From Candidatus Omnitrophota bacterium (lineage in GTDB: Bacteria; Omnitrophota; Gorgyraeia; JABMRN01; RBG-13-46-9): a stretch of 64,000 bases of DNA. The stretch spans positions 11,292 to 75,291 of the forward strand of contig JABMQJ010000018.1 of the NCBI GenBank assembly GCA_013203315.1, in the 5' to 3' direction. Both the position numbers and the translations under genes were made by a program. The notes beneath the pieces were generated by a model, which did no database searches, was not told the DNA's origin, and worked only from the letters and a program-made list of their open reading frames with translations. Positions 38,799-49,200 of the stretch are shown here, one piece after another; the stretch's first letter is position 1; every line of letters begins with the position of its first letter.

Positions 38799-40646
38799 AT
38801 GCTGCATGGGAAGAACATAATCTGCATATCTTCAATTGACTGGGACTTTATCTGGCAGGGCCACCAGGAGATAATGTCGGTCCTTGCCAAAAACGGAAAT
38901 CGAGTTCTTTTCATAGAGAACACGGGTGTTCGCATACCGACAATAAAGGATACCGATAGGCTCTGGAAGCGATTTAGTAACTGGAAAAAGGGCTATAAGG
39001 GTATCCGTAAACTACGCGACAATCTATACGTATATTCACCGCTTGTAGCGCCTTTCCCGTATCTGAAACCCGCCATAAAACTTAATAAATTCTTAATGCT
39101 GTCTGTCATCAAAAGATGGATGAAGGTGATGGAGTTTCACGATCCTGTTGTGTGGACTTTTTTGCCTACGCCGCTGGTGCTGGATATGGTGGATGAACTG
39201 GACCCAAGCATTTTCATTTATTATTGCATAGACGATTTTAGCTCAAGCTCTGAGGGCGCAAGGGGCATTAAAAAAATAGAAAGAAAAGTCTTTAAAAGGG
39301 CAGATTTAGTCTTCGTGACATCACACAAGCTATATGAATACGCTGCCTCAGAGAACAAGGAAACGCACCTGTTTCCTTTTGGCGTTAGTGTGGATAATTA
39401 TAACAAGGCCCGGGAAAGTGATACAGCTATACCAGCGGAAATGCGCGACATAAAAAAACCGATTATCGGTTACGTGGGCGGTATACATAAATGGGTTGAC
39501 ATGGAACTGGTGAAAAAAATAGCAATTGCTAGAAAAGATCTATCAGTTGTTCTCATAGGGCCGAAACAGACTGATCTTTACGGCATTGATAAATTGGATA
39601 ACGTATTTATGCTGGGAAAGAAAGAACCTAAGGATCTGCCCAAGTTTGTAAAGTTTTTTGACGCGGGCATAATTCCATACCGAAAAACAAGCTATACGGA
39701 AAACGTCTATCCTACGAAAATAAATGAATACCTGGCCATGGGAAAACCCGTTATATCTACAGAAATACCCGAAGTTCTGCGATTCGATAAAGAAAACGGA
39801 GGAGATTTTATTTATTTCCTAAAAGACAAAAAAGACATAAATCCAGTTATAGACAGGGCGCTAGGGGAAAATAGTTCTCTCCGGAATCCTAAACGAATAA
39901 AAGTTGCAAACCAGAATTCCTGGTTAGTCAAAATAGAGGGAATGTGTGGTCTAATAGAGAATAAGCTTAAAAACATAGAGCTGCAAATAGGCCGGGACTG
40001 GCTGGGAAGATTCAAGGGCTTTTATGCAAGGGCCCGCAAGAAGGCGATACTGGTTGTGGGTGCAGTGGCCATCATGTATTTTGTGATATTTTACAGTCCG
40101 CTCGTATGGCTCCTGGCCGCTCCGCTTGAAATTTTTGATAGTCCGCAAAAAGCCGATGCCATAGTAGTTTTAGGAGGCGGGGTAGGCGAGACAGGTTCGC
40201 CCGGCAAGAGCACTATAGAGAGGGCGATGTTTAGCGCAGAGTTATATAAAAAAGGCCTTGCGGAATACATGATATATTCGTCCGGTTATACATGGAAATA
40301 CAACGATGCGGAGAGCATGATGCAGCTTGCTGTTTCGATGGGGGTGCCGAAAAAAAATATTATTTTAGAGAAAAAAGGAGATTTCACCTATACCAATATC
40401 GAATATACGACCGAAATTTTACGAAAGAAAAATCTTCATAAGATACTACTCGTTAGTTCATCATACAACATGAGAAGGGCATCGCTGGTTTATGAACATA
40501 TCGCAAAAGATATAAATGTAACATATGTTCCGGTTCCGAATCCACAGTTTTACCAAAGAGAAAAGAAGGTCAGGCTGGAACAAATAAAGGCAATTGTGCA
40601 CGAATATCTGGGAATAATCTATTACTACCTTAAAGGCTACATTTAA
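38799..40646 (+). CDS. Fusion protein: GT4-type glycosyltransferase (TuaH-like N-terminus) + C-terminal DUF218/YdcF (ElyC/SanA-like) domain
   Basis: N-terminal 'IICISSIDWDFIWQGHQEIM' and GT1/GT4 'PYRKTSYTENVYPTKINEYLAMGKPVIST'. Then a TM segment and 'DAIVVLGGGVGETG...LVSSSYNMRRASLVYE', which matches the DUF218 pattern. Confidence 0.55.
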   Translation: MLHGKNIICISSIDWDFIWQGHQEIMSVLAKNGNRVLFIENTGVRIPTIKDTDRLWKRFSNWKKGYKGIRKLRDNLYVYSPLVAPFPYLKPAIKLNKFLMLSVIKRWMKVMEFHDPVVWTFLPTPLVLDMVDELDPSIFIYYCIDDFSSSSEGARGIKKIERKVFKRADLVFVTSHKLYEYAASENKETHLFPFGVSVDNYNKARESDTAIPAEMRDIKKPIIGYVGGIHKWVDMELVKKIAIARKDLSVVLIGPKQTDLYGIDKLDNVFMLGKKEPKDLPKFVKFFDAGIIPYRKTSYTENVYPTKINEYLAMGKPVISTEIPEVLRFDKENGGDFIYFLKDKKDINPVIDRALGENSSLRNPKRIKVANQNSWLVKIEGMCGLIENKLKNIELQIGRDWLGRFKGFYARARKKAILVVGAVAIMYFVIFYSPLVWLLAAPLEIFDSPQKADAIVVLGGGVGETGSPGKSTIERAMFSAELYKKGLAEYMIYSSGYTWKYNDAESMMQLAVSMGVPKKNIILEKKGDFTYTNIEYTTEILRKKNLHKILLVSSSYNMRRASLVYEHIAKDINVTYVPVPNPQFYQREKKVRLEQIKAIVHEYLGIIYYYLKGYI

Positions 40647-40669
40647 CAAGCAAAGGAGGAAGGGCAGGA

Positions 40670-41170
40670 ATGAAATTACTGGACGAGAAGGGACGATTAT
40701 TCGGAAAAATTAATGTTATTGATTTTTTTATTATTACGCTTCTTGTAATCATTATTCCGGCTTTTTTTCAAGTATATAAGATAATGGGTAAGTCCCCTAC
40801 GCGCATTTCTCATGAGTGGATTAAAGTTAAAGCCATAACATTTACACTGCCACACATCGCCGACCTTATCGCGCCCGGCCAGCTTGCGTCTGATGGGTTC
40901 GAGGGCGTTCGCGGAAAGATACTGAAGGTTACCAAGGCTGATAACGAATATGGCAACAAAATGAAGTCGATGATGGGAAAAAACGTTCTATCGGAATATG
41001 AATATAGAATACCCGTGTTTTTAGAATTGGAGTTATCGTGTACCCAAAGTGCGAAAGGCGAATCGTGGTACTACAATAGAATACCGATAGTTGTCGGCAT
41101 GGAAAAGATTCTTTACTTCACTACCGATAAATATGAGATACAGTGTTATACTCTAGAGGTCGAAGAATGA
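40670..41170 (+). CDS. Hypothetical protein with N-terminal signal/TM anchor
   Basis: Strong RBS AAAGGAGGAAGG. N-terminal hydrophobic helix 'FFIITLLVIIIPAFF'. No recognisable catalytic motifs. Confidence 0.4.
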   Translation: MKLLDEKGRLFGKINVIDFFIITLLVIIIPAFFQVYKIMGKSPTRISHEWIKVKAITFTLPHIADLIAPGQLASDGFEGVRGKILKVTKADNEYGNKMKSMMGKNVLSEYEYRIPVFLELELSCTQSAKGESWYYNRIPIVVGMEKILYFTTDKYEIQCYTLEVEE

Positions 41171-41493
41171 AGAGCAAACCCAGTAGGGATTTGACTAAAA
41201 CTATTATATTATATTTCCGTAGCAGCAAAACGTACGAACTTTTTGTGGCATTCAATCAATTTTTTAGAGAAATATTGAAAGCAAAAAACACAAGTTGCAC
41301 TATCAATTTTCTAAAAAAACTGGGAAAACAAATAACATTAAAAGACGTTGGGGTATTCGTTATTCTAACGGTTTTATTTAATACGGCGGCAAGATTTGCG
41401 TTAAACGGGACGTTCGACATATTTTCAATCTCGTCCAGAATTTTCTTCCTTTTCCTGGGTTTAGTTTTATTTTTTAGTAGAAAGCAAAAATGA
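41167..41493 (+). CDS. Possible small membrane protein (low confidence)
   Basis: ATGA overlap with the upstream gene and TGA/ATG coupling to the downstream GT4. Hydrophobic C-terminal half. Could be a non-coding spacer. Confidence 0.2.
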   Translation: MKSKPSRDLTKTIILYFRSSKTYELFVAFNQFFREILKAKNTSCTINFLKKLGKQITLKDVGVFVILTVLFNTAARFALNGTFDIFSISSRIFFLFLGLVLFFSRKQK

Positions 41494-42677
41494 AAAAGTT
41501 GAAAATACTGCGAATAATAACAAGGCTGAATATTGGCGGGCCCGCCATACATGCAGCGCTTCTTACAAAAGAGTTTAACAACGGTGAGTTTGAATCAAGG
41601 CTTTTGTGTGGGCGTATTTCCGAGAAGGAAGGCGATATGGGGTATGTTGCCCGTGATTACGGCGTAGATCCTATCTACATATCATCGCTCAGAAGGGAAA
41701 TTAGCCCTTTTTCCGATATTGCGGCATTTTTTCGCATCGCTTTCGTTATGCTAAGAATTAGGCCCGATATTGTCCACACACATACGGCAAAGGCAGGTAC
41801 CCTAGGTCGCATTGCGGCTGTACTGACAGGGGTGCCCGTAAAAATTCATACGTTCCACGGTAACGTGTTTCAGGGGTATTTCAAGACTTCCGAAGCAAGG
41901 TTTTTTATGTTCACAGAACGCTTGCTAGCTAAATTCACGGATGCGATTATAGCGATATCCCCAAGTCAAAAAAAAGATATAGTAGAGAAATACCGAATAA
42001 CAGAAGAGAAAAAATGCCACGTTATTCAACTAGGGTTTGACCTGCAAAAGTTCTTAAATCCGGGCCAGAAGCGGAAAGCCTTCCGTGAAAAATACAAGCT
42101 TAAAGATAACGATATTTTCGTTGGTATAATAGGCCGCCTTGTCCCGATAAAAAACCATAAAATGTTTATCGATGCGGTTTATCACATGAATAAGAATGCC
42201 ACAGAGAACCTGGCAGACAGAATGAAATTTGCCATAATAGGGGATGGTTACATGAAAGAGGAGGTTCTGGCGTACAGTAAGTTCAGGGGACTTGCAGATA
42301 AGATATTGTGTATTGGTTGGGCCCGGGACATCGATGAGGTTTACGCAGGATTGGACATCGTCGCGCTTACATCGATAAACGAAGGCACGCCCGTAAGCCT
42401 AATAGAAGCAATGTCTTCAGAGAAGCCCGTAGTGTCTACCGACGTCGGTGGCGTAAAAGACGCACTCGGAGAGGCGGGGATTCTTGTAAAAAGCGAAGAC
42501 TATAAACGTTTGGGTGTGGAAATATCCCTGCTTGCAGCATCTCCCGAAAAAAGAGAAAAACTTGGACGTCTTGGCAGGGATTTTGTGAAAACGAGATTCT
42601 CAAAAGAACGGCTCGTATCGGAATTAAAAGAACTCTATAAAGATTTAATGTCAAAAAAGAGAGGAACAAAAGCATGA
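41490..42677 (+). CDS. Glycosyltransferase family 4 (GT1/GT4 retaining GT-B)
   Basis: N-terminal 'ITRLNIGGPAIHAALL' and C-terminal 'EGTPVSLIEAMSSEKPVVSTDVGG' E-x7-E-like motif. Confidence 0.7.
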   Translation: MKKLKILRIITRLNIGGPAIHAALLTKEFNNGEFESRLLCGRISEKEGDMGYVARDYGVDPIYISSLRREISPFSDIAAFFRIAFVMLRIRPDIVHTHTAKAGTLGRIAAVLTGVPVKIHTFHGNVFQGYFKTSEARFFMFTERLLAKFTDAIIAISPSQKKDIVEKYRITEEKKCHVIQLGFDLQKFLNPGQKRKAFREKYKLKDNDIFVGIIGRLVPIKNHKMFIDAVYHMNKNATENLADRMKFAIIGDGYMKEEVLAYSKFRGLADKILCIGWARDIDEVYAGLDIVALTSINEGTPVSLIEAMSSEKPVVSTDVGGVKDALGEAGILVKSEDYKRLGVEISLLAASPEKREKLGRLGRDFVKTRFSKERLVSELKELYKDLMSKKRGTKA

Positions 42678-43642
42678 GAGCACTAGTTACAGGAGGAGCG
42701 GGTTTTATAGGAAGCCATCTTTCCGAGGCCCTTCTAAAGAAAAAACATGAAGTTTATGTTGTCGATAATTTATCCACCGGCAGTATCAAAAACATAAAGC
42801 GCCTGAAAAAAAGAAAGGCGTTCCATTTTCACATTGACGACATAATGAATGAGAAAATAATGAAGCGGCTAATCAAGAAGGTCGATGTTATTTTTCATCT
42901 GGCAGCCGCTGTCGGTGTTAAATATATTCTGGATAATCCCCTGGAATCAATAAGAACGAATGTCAAGGGCACCGAAGTAATTTTAGAATTCGCCAATTCC
43001 CTGGGAAAGAAAAAAGTCTTTTTAGCTTCCACATCGGAAATCTACGGAAAGAACCAGGACGGAGCCGCATCGTTTAAAGAGACCGATGACAGGCTTTTGG
43101 GTTCCACGACCAAGTGGAGATGGAGCTATTCCTGCACGAAGGCGCTGGACGAATTTTTAGCACTTGCCTATCACAGAGAAAAGGAGTTGCCTGTTACGAT
43201 AGCGAGGTTTTTTAATACATGCGGTCCCAGACAGAGCGGCCGTTACGGTATGGTCATACCGCGTCTCATTAAGCAAGCACTCATGAATAAGCCGCTCACC
43301 GTATACGGAGACGGAAAGCAGACGCGATGTTTTTTGTATGTAGATGATGCGGTAAATGCAATTCTAGGATTGGTTGAAAAAAAGAAAGCATTGGGAGAAA
43401 TTTTCAATATAGGAAATCCAAGAAGCATATCTATACTTGACCTCGCAGAAAAAATTAAAAAGTTTACGGGGTCCTCGTCCAAAATTGAGTTTGTCCCGTA
43501 TGAAAAGGCGTACGAGAAGGGATTTGAGGACATGCGCCATAGAAAGCCGGACATCTCCAAGATAAAAGCGCTTTTGAAATTCTCTCCCAAGGTTGATATG
43601 GATGAATTGTTGAAAAGAACAGTAACTTATTTTCAAAAATAA
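42674..43642 (+). CDS. NAD-dependent epimerase/dehydratase, UDP-glucuronate decarboxylase (UXS)/ArnA-C-like SDR
   Basis: 'ALVTGGAGFIGSHL', 'YSCTKALDE' YxxxK, and 'VYGDGKQTRCFLYVDDAVNAI' resembling the UXS 'GDGSQTRSF.YVSDLV' block. Confidence 0.65.
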   Translation: MRALVTGGAGFIGSHLSEALLKKKHEVYVVDNLSTGSIKNIKRLKKRKAFHFHIDDIMNEKIMKRLIKKVDVIFHLAAAVGVKYILDNPLESIRTNVKGTEVILEFANSLGKKKVFLASTSEIYGKNQDGAASFKETDDRLLGSTTKWRWSYSCTKALDEFLALAYHREKELPVTIARFFNTCGPRQSGRYGMVIPRLIKQALMNKPLTVYGDGKQTRCFLYVDDAVNAILGLVEKKKALGEIFNIGNPRSISILDLAEKIKKFTGSSSKIEFVPYEKAYEKGFEDMRHRKPDISKIKALLKFSPKVDMDELLKRTVTYFQK

Positions 43643-43648
43643 CAGGTT

Positions 43649-44674
43649 ATGATTACAACGCAAGACATATTCGGCGCGTTTTTTATAGCGATTATAATAT
43701 CTTACGGCTTTACGCCCCTTGCAAGGCAAATAGCTTTTAAGATAAAATTGTTGGACCACCCTAGCTCTAAGAAGTCGCATGCGCACCCTACGCCTCTTTT
43801 GGGAGGGCTTTCGATACTTCTGGCCTTTTTTACGGCTGTTTTCTTTACCACTAACATCAATAGCCAAATGTACGGTATTTTAGCAGGGGGCATAATTCTT
43901 ATGACCCTGGGCATGATTGATGACAAACTCGGCATGATGCCAAAAATGAAGCTCTCGGGACAAATCTTGGCAGCGCTTATTGTATACAAAGCAGGCGTCA
44001 GGGTTATTACGTTTGAAGACTATTACGTAAGCATGTTTTTTACGGTTTTTTGGATTGTGGGTATCACGAACGCTTTTAACCTTCTGGATAATTTAAACGG
44101 TCTTTCAAGCGGTATTGCTGGCATTTCCGCTATTTTCTTTGGTGTAATGGCCCTATTAAATTCCCAGGTTTATGTTGCGGTTCTTGCATTTGCTTTAGCA
44201 GGGGCGTGCTTCGGATTTTTGAAACATAATTTCCCGGAAGCGAAGATTTTCATGGGAGATTCCGGCAGCATGTTCCTGGGTTTCACGTTGGCATGCATAG
44301 CAATACTAGGAAGCTGGGAAACCGAAAAGATAAGCCTGTCTTTCTGCCTGCCTATTCTTGTTCTCGGATATCCGATTTTTGACACGACACTGGTTACATT
44401 CTTAAGAATCAAAGAAAAAAGGTCTATTTTTATAGGCGGTAAGGATCATTCATCACATATACTTGCGTCACTGGGATTTAAGAAAAAAAGAGCGGTCGTG
44501 CTCATATATGTTATATGCATGATGCTCGGCCTTGCTGCGTTTCTAATATCGGTCTTTTCTCTTGCAATAGGTACGACGATATTTGTGATTACTACTTTAA
44601 GCATGTTCGGTTTCGGTATCTATCTATGGATTATACGCTCAAAAAGCGCCAAATTACGGAGAAAGCACAAGTAA
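43649..44674 (+). CDS. wecA: Polyprenol-phosphate N-acetylhexosamine-1-phosphate transferase (MraY/WecA family, GT4 initiating enzyme)
   Basis: About 10 TM segments. 'NAFNLLDNLNGLSSG' (NxxNxxDGxDGL-type motif) and 'DHPSSKKSHAHPTPLLGG' typical of WecA/TagO. The wecA symbol reflects family membership only. Confidence 0.75.
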   Translation: MITTQDIFGAFFIAIIISYGFTPLARQIAFKIKLLDHPSSKKSHAHPTPLLGGLSILLAFFTAVFFTTNINSQMYGILAGGIILMTLGMIDDKLGMMPKMKLSGQILAALIVYKAGVRVITFEDYYVSMFFTVFWIVGITNAFNLLDNLNGLSSGIAGISAIFFGVMALLNSQVYVAVLAFALAGACFGFLKHNFPEAKIFMGDSGSMFLGFTLACIAILGSWETEKISLSFCLPILVLGYPIFDTTLVTFLRIKEKRSIFIGGKDHSSHILASLGFKKKRAVVLIYVICMMLGLAAFLISVFSLAIGTTIFVITTLSMFGFGIYLWIIRSKSAKLRRKHK

Positions 44675-45912
44675 TGGATAAAGACAAAATCATACGCGCC
44701 TTAGATAAGGTTACGGAGTGGTCGATTTATCTACTTATTTTTTGTGTGCCTTTCTCAAAAACAATGATCGAGGGTTGTATCACGATAGGGTTTATTGCCT
44801 GGATTTCAAAGAAGATTTTAACACGAGATTTCCGGATTAAAAAGACCCCGCTCAATAATTTATTATTCATATTCTTTGTTGTCGCTGCCATATCGTTCGT
44901 GAACGCGGATCTTAAAATGCTTTTCATGAGGTCACTGGTCTCCAAATGTTTAAAGTTCATAATTTTGTATTTTCTAATCGTTGAAACGATAAATTCCAAA
45001 ACAAAGCTCAAAAATCTACTTAAGATGGCCATTATATCGGCGGTCATCGTTATGATAGACGGTTATATTCAGCGATATTTCTATAATCTGGACCTTTTTC
45101 GCTTTTATCCTGCCTTCAAATCCAGGGCTGCGGATCACTATATGGGATTTGCTCGCGGAGCGCCAACAGGTCCTTTTCCTTTTCCGAATGATCTCTCTGC
45201 GTGGATGCTTATGATTATTATGCCAGTCACATCATTACTGATATGGGGCCGAAGGAGTGTGCGCGAAAAATTTGCGCTAACCTCTTTTCTGGCTCCTTTT
45301 CTTTTTTTATTTTATTTGGCAAATGCCCGAAGCGCGTGGGGTGGTTTTATTATTTCCTTTTTTACAATTCTTTCTATGCAAAGCAAGAAGCTTTTTTTAG
45401 TATTTCTGGTACTTCTTTTATCGGTATCAGCTATTGTGCTTATCTTGCCCAAAGAAAAGACCATTAACATTCTTGGCCTTTCAAGTATGCAGGACAGATT
45501 AGGAATGTGGCAGATAGGGTGGAAAGCATTTACCGAACACCCGATCATAGGAAACGGCCTTAATATGGGCTTTAGAAAATTTCAGGAGTATCGTGAAGAT
45601 GAATACAAAAATAAAAAAGGCGCCTATTTTCATAACGGTTTTTTACAAATAGCCGTTGAAATGGGGCTAATAGGTCTCACAGTTTTTTTATTAATTATAA
45701 TAACAACTTTTAAAAGCGCGATTGAACATATCCGGAAGGCGTCCGGGACATTTGACAGGGCTTTGTGCTTAGGTTTAACAGGAGCAATTTTGGCATTTTT
45801 GGTGCATAGTTTCTTTGACACAAATTTGCAGTCTCTTCCGCTTGTTTCACTATTCTGGTTTGCCATGGGCACTCTATTTAGTTTGCAGAACATATATGCA
45901 CGAAAAATATAA
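44674..45912 (+). CDS. O-antigen ligase/polymerase-family membrane protein (WaaL/Wzy_C-like)
   Basis: Polytopic membrane protein with a periplasmic-loop segment 'RSAWGGFIISF...' and C-terminal 'HNGFLQIAVEMGLIGL', resembling the Wzy_C/O-antigen ligase domain (H...G..Q...E.G..G). TAATG overlap start. Confidence 0.5.
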   Translation: MDKDKIIRALDKVTEWSIYLLIFCVPFSKTMIEGCITIGFIAWISKKILTRDFRIKKTPLNNLLFIFFVVAAISFVNADLKMLFMRSLVSKCLKFIILYFLIVETINSKTKLKNLLKMAIISAVIVMIDGYIQRYFYNLDLFRFYPAFKSRAADHYMGFARGAPTGPFPFPNDLSAWMLMIIMPVTSLLIWGRRSVREKFALTSFLAPFLFLFYLANARSAWGGFIISFFTILSMQSKKLFLVFLVLLLSVSAIVLILPKEKTINILGLSSMQDRLGMWQIGWKAFTEHPIIGNGLNMGFRKFQEYREDEYKNKKGAYFHNGFLQIAVEMGLIGLTVFLLIIITTFKSAIEHIRKASGTFDRALCLGLTGAILAFLVHSFFDTNLQSLPLVSLFWFAMGTLFSLQNIYARKI

Positions 45913-46996
45913 AAAAATACTTATCATCAATACCTTTGGCATCGGAGACGTTTTATTTGCTACGCCCATGGTAAGGGCTTTAAAGCGTGCTATCCCGAAC
46001 GCGCATATAGATTTCATGTGCAATCAAAGGTGTCGGCATATCGTGCGGAATAACAGGAATATTGACGATATTTTGGTATTTGAGAAGGATGCATTCCGCG
46101 AAGCGTTCAGGGAATCAAAAATAAAGTTCGTGAAAAAAATGTCAGGTTTTTTGGGGACTATATTGCGTAAAAAGTATGATCTCGCGATAGATTTATCTCT
46201 GGGTTACCAAATTTCTTTGCTTTTGAAACTACTGGGCGTTAAACGAAGAGTCGGTTTTAATTACAGGGATCGCGGCAGATTTTTGACCGACAAGTTAGAT
46301 ATCGATAACTTTAGCTCGAAGCACGTGATAGAGTACTACTTAAGTATTCCCAAACTTTTAGGGATAGATGGTACCACGCAAAAAAATCTCGAAATTACTT
46401 TATCCCCGCAGCAGGATCAGTGGGCGGATGATTTTGTGTCCGAAAATAAACTTGAAAGCTCGGTGATCATCGGCATCGCACCCGGGGGCGGCAAAAGCTG
46501 GGGAAAATACGCTAAGTTTAGGAGATGGGACCCTCTCAATTTTGCTTATGTTGCGAAAAAATTAACCAAAGAAAATAAAGACTTATCTTTTTTGATCTTC
46601 GGTTCCAGGGATGAAAAATCCCTCGGTCGAAAAATCGAAGAAGCGATGGGGGGCGTTCCCAGCGGAAAATGCTTAAATCTATGCGGTAAATTATCACTTC
46701 CGCATTCAATTGCCCTTATAAAGAAGTGCAGGCTCTTGCTGTGTAATGACGGGGGGCTTCTCCACATAGCGGTTAGCCAGGCGATAAATACAATTTCCAT
46801 TTTTGGGCCGGTAGACGACAAGATATACGGGCCGTATCCGCCGTCTTCCAAACACAAGGTTGCGAAAGCCGAAGGCGTGAAATGCAGGCCATGTTACAAG
46901 AATTTTAAGCACAAAATGTGCGGAATCCACGATTGCCTAATAAAAATAGACAAGGACAAAGTATTGAAGCTTGCCAAGGAGAGTATAGAATTATGA
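45896..46996 (+). CDS. Glycosyltransferase family 9 (LPS heptosyltransferase-like)
   Basis: 'KKILIINTFGIGDVLFATPMVRALKRAIPNAHIDFM' is the hallmark GT9 N-terminus. C-terminal 'NDGGLLHIAVSQAINTISIFGP' matches the GT9 'NDSGPMHLAAA.G.P.V.LFGP' block. Confidence 0.65.
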   Translation: MHEKYKKILIINTFGIGDVLFATPMVRALKRAIPNAHIDFMCNQRCRHIVRNNRNIDDILVFEKDAFREAFRESKIKFVKKMSGFLGTILRKKYDLAIDLSLGYQISLLLKLLGVKRRVGFNYRDRGRFLTDKLDIDNFSSKHVIEYYLSIPKLLGIDGTTQKNLEITLSPQQDQWADDFVSENKLESSVIIGIAPGGGKSWGKYAKFRRWDPLNFAYVAKKLTKENKDLSFLIFGSRDEKSLGRKIEEAMGGVPSGKCLNLCGKLSLPHSIALIKKCRLLLCNDGGLLHIAVSQAINTISIFGPVDDKIYGPYPPSSKHKVAKAEGVKCRPCYKNFKHKMCGIHDCLIKIDKDKVLKLAKESIEL

Positions 46997-49200
46997 AATG
47001 TGACCTTGTTCTGGTGTCATGGAACCACCTGGAACACCTGCGCCCATGCGTAGAGCATATTGTGCGGAATACCCACTACTCTTACAGGCTTATAATAGTT
47101 GACAACGCCAGCGATTCGGAAACCATAAACTATCTTGAGGTTCTGGAAAAAAGCGCCCCTTGTGAAATCATTGTAATTAAAAACAAGGACAATCGCGGTT
47201 TTGTCAAAGCGGTGAATCAGGGGCTCAAGATTTCCACCGCACCCTATGCGTGTATTTTTAACAATGATACCCTGCCGGGAAATAGCTGGCTTACCGAAAT
47301 GGTAGAATTCGCAGAAAAAAGGCCGGACGTCGGGCTTCTGAACCCCATGTCTAGCGGCCATAACGCAAACGGCTTGACAGTGAATGAATATGCCGGGAAA
47401 CTCTTACCCAACAAGGGTAAGTACATGGAGATGAATCAGTGCCAGGGCTATTGCATGCTTGTAAAACGTGAAGTTATGGAAAAAATAGGGTATCTGGACG
47501 AACGCTTTGACACTGTGGGCTTTGATGATACGGATTATTCGATGAGGGCGCACTTGGCCGGGTATAGATCAGTTTGTGTTCACTCATCTTACGTGTTTCA
47601 TAGATTGCATGCCTCGTTTAGTAAGATGGGGGATAGGAAGACAATACAATCTGTTCTCGAAAATAGGTATTTTGCAAAATGGCCCAGACACCTTCGGGTC
47701 GCAATTGCATTTTCCCTATCGAAAGATACCCGCGATATTCAAGTAGAGAATTTCCTGAATTCCGCGCTTTTTCTGGCAAGGGAATGGTGCTGGGTAAATC
47801 TCATGATATTCGGGGATAAAACCGCAGGAAAAAGAATAGATACGATTAGGGAAAGAATGAATTCCCCACTTCACCAAAACATAAAATTCAATTATTTAAA
47901 TCCGAGATTTAAATTTATGGAGATCGCGGTGCGTATATTGGAACGCTCTTTCGGAAGAAAGAAAAGAAAAAAGTACGATACCTTTATAAGCGATGACGCA
48001 AGGCTCTTACGCGGCGTGAAGGTTTTGTGCGGCTTGCAAAAAAGTAATGCGCTATCGCTCGATTTTCATGAATTTTCGGAAAAAAAGCTAAAAGAATCCA
48101 TGAAACCTTTCAGAAAGGACGGCTTAAAAGAAAAAAATACAGGCTCCCTAAGATGCGATATTATTCTGCCTGTATGCGACGAGTATGAGTTTACGAAAAA
48201 CTGCATAGATAGCATAGTTAAAAATACCGACACACCGTACAGGCTTATCATCATAAACAACGGAAATAACCCCAAAACGCGTAAACTCCTGGATGAGTTG
48301 GAAGCCGCCAAAAATGTAGAGACTAGCATTGTGCATAACGGGCGTAACATCGGATGGGTTAAAGCCCTGAACGTGGGGATTGAGATTTCCGATGCGCCTT
48401 ACGTGTGTTTCCAGAACGACGATACCGTGGTAACACAGGGGTGGCTTCGAAAGATGATAGCCACGCTAAAATCCGGCGAAGATTTCGGCATGATTAACCC
48501 TACCTGGGAGGGAAGACCGCCAAGCGTTTCAATAGATAGGTACAATGCTATGCTGGAGACAAGCGCCAAGAAATTCATAAAGACGGATTGGTGCAGGGGG
48601 TTTTCGGCTCTCATGAAAAGGTCCGTAATCGAAAAGGTGGGCAAGGTGGATGAGGTTTACGGCCTGGCATATTTTGACGACGTGGATTATGCTGTCCGCG
48701 CCGCTTATGCAGGATTTCAAATTTTACGGGCACTTGATACCTATGTTTATCATCACAGAAACGTTACATTTTTTGAAGTTTTAAAAGGAAAAAGGTGGAA
48801 CGAGCTCCATGAGAAAAATAAACTTATCTACTATAAAAAATGGGGTAGGCCCCTTAAGCTTGTCATGGTTCTGGATGAAAAAACTTGCAAAGACCCCGAA
48901 AGAATAGAAAAAGCAGAAGACACAATGTTTTATTTGGCGCGAAAACAACATCATATTGATATCTGGGCTCCTCGGAGAATAAAAGGCAGGTTTGAGCACA
49001 CAAACATACGTCTTAGGATATGCCCATGGCCGTTCCATCTTGTATGGCTTCCTTTTAATTTGCATCTGAATAAAAGAAAAAGAAACGAAAAGCGTTATAG
49101 CGCCGTGTTTAATTACAATTCCGTATCTGACAAGTTTATAAAAGAAACTGTCGATGACATGAAAGAAAAGACAAAGGAATCTATAAATGTCGAGCTGTGA
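46993..49200 (+). CDS. Two-domain glycosyltransferase with tandem GT2 domains
   Basis: Domain 1 'LVLVSWNHLEHL...YRLIIVDNASDSETINYL...IFNNDT'. Domain 2 'CDIILPVCDEYE...YRLIIINNGNNPKT...CFQNDDT'. ATGA overlap start. Confidence 0.6.
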   Translation: MKCDLVLVSWNHLEHLRPCVEHIVRNTHYSYRLIIVDNASDSETINYLEVLEKSAPCEIIVIKNKDNRGFVKAVNQGLKISTAPYACIFNNDTLPGNSWLTEMVEFAEKRPDVGLLNPMSSGHNANGLTVNEYAGKLLPNKGKYMEMNQCQGYCMLVKREVMEKIGYLDERFDTVGFDDTDYSMRAHLAGYRSVCVHSSYVFHRLHASFSKMGDRKTIQSVLENRYFAKWPRHLRVAIAFSLSKDTRDIQVENFLNSALFLAREWCWVNLMIFGDKTAGKRIDTIRERMNSPLHQNIKFNYLNPRFKFMEIAVRILERSFGRKKRKKYDTFISDDARLLRGVKVLCGLQKSNALSLDFHEFSEKKLKESMKPFRKDGLKEKNTGSLRCDIILPVCDEYEFTKNCIDSIVKNTDTPYRLIIINNGNNPKTRKLLDELEAAKNVETSIVHNGRNIGWVKALNVGIEISDAPYVCFQNDDTVVTQGWLRKMIATLKSGEDFGMINPTWEGRPPSVSIDRYNAMLETSAKKFIKTDWCRGFSALMKRSVIEKVGKVDEVYGLAYFDDVDYAVRAAYAGFQILRALDTYVYHHRNVTFFEVLKGKRWNELHEKNKLIYYKKWGRPLKLVMVLDEKTCKDPERIEKAEDTMFYLARKQHHIDIWAPRRIKGRFEHTNIRLRICPWPFHLVWLPFNLHLNKRKRNEKRYSAVFNYNSVSDKFIKETVDDMKEKTKESINVEL

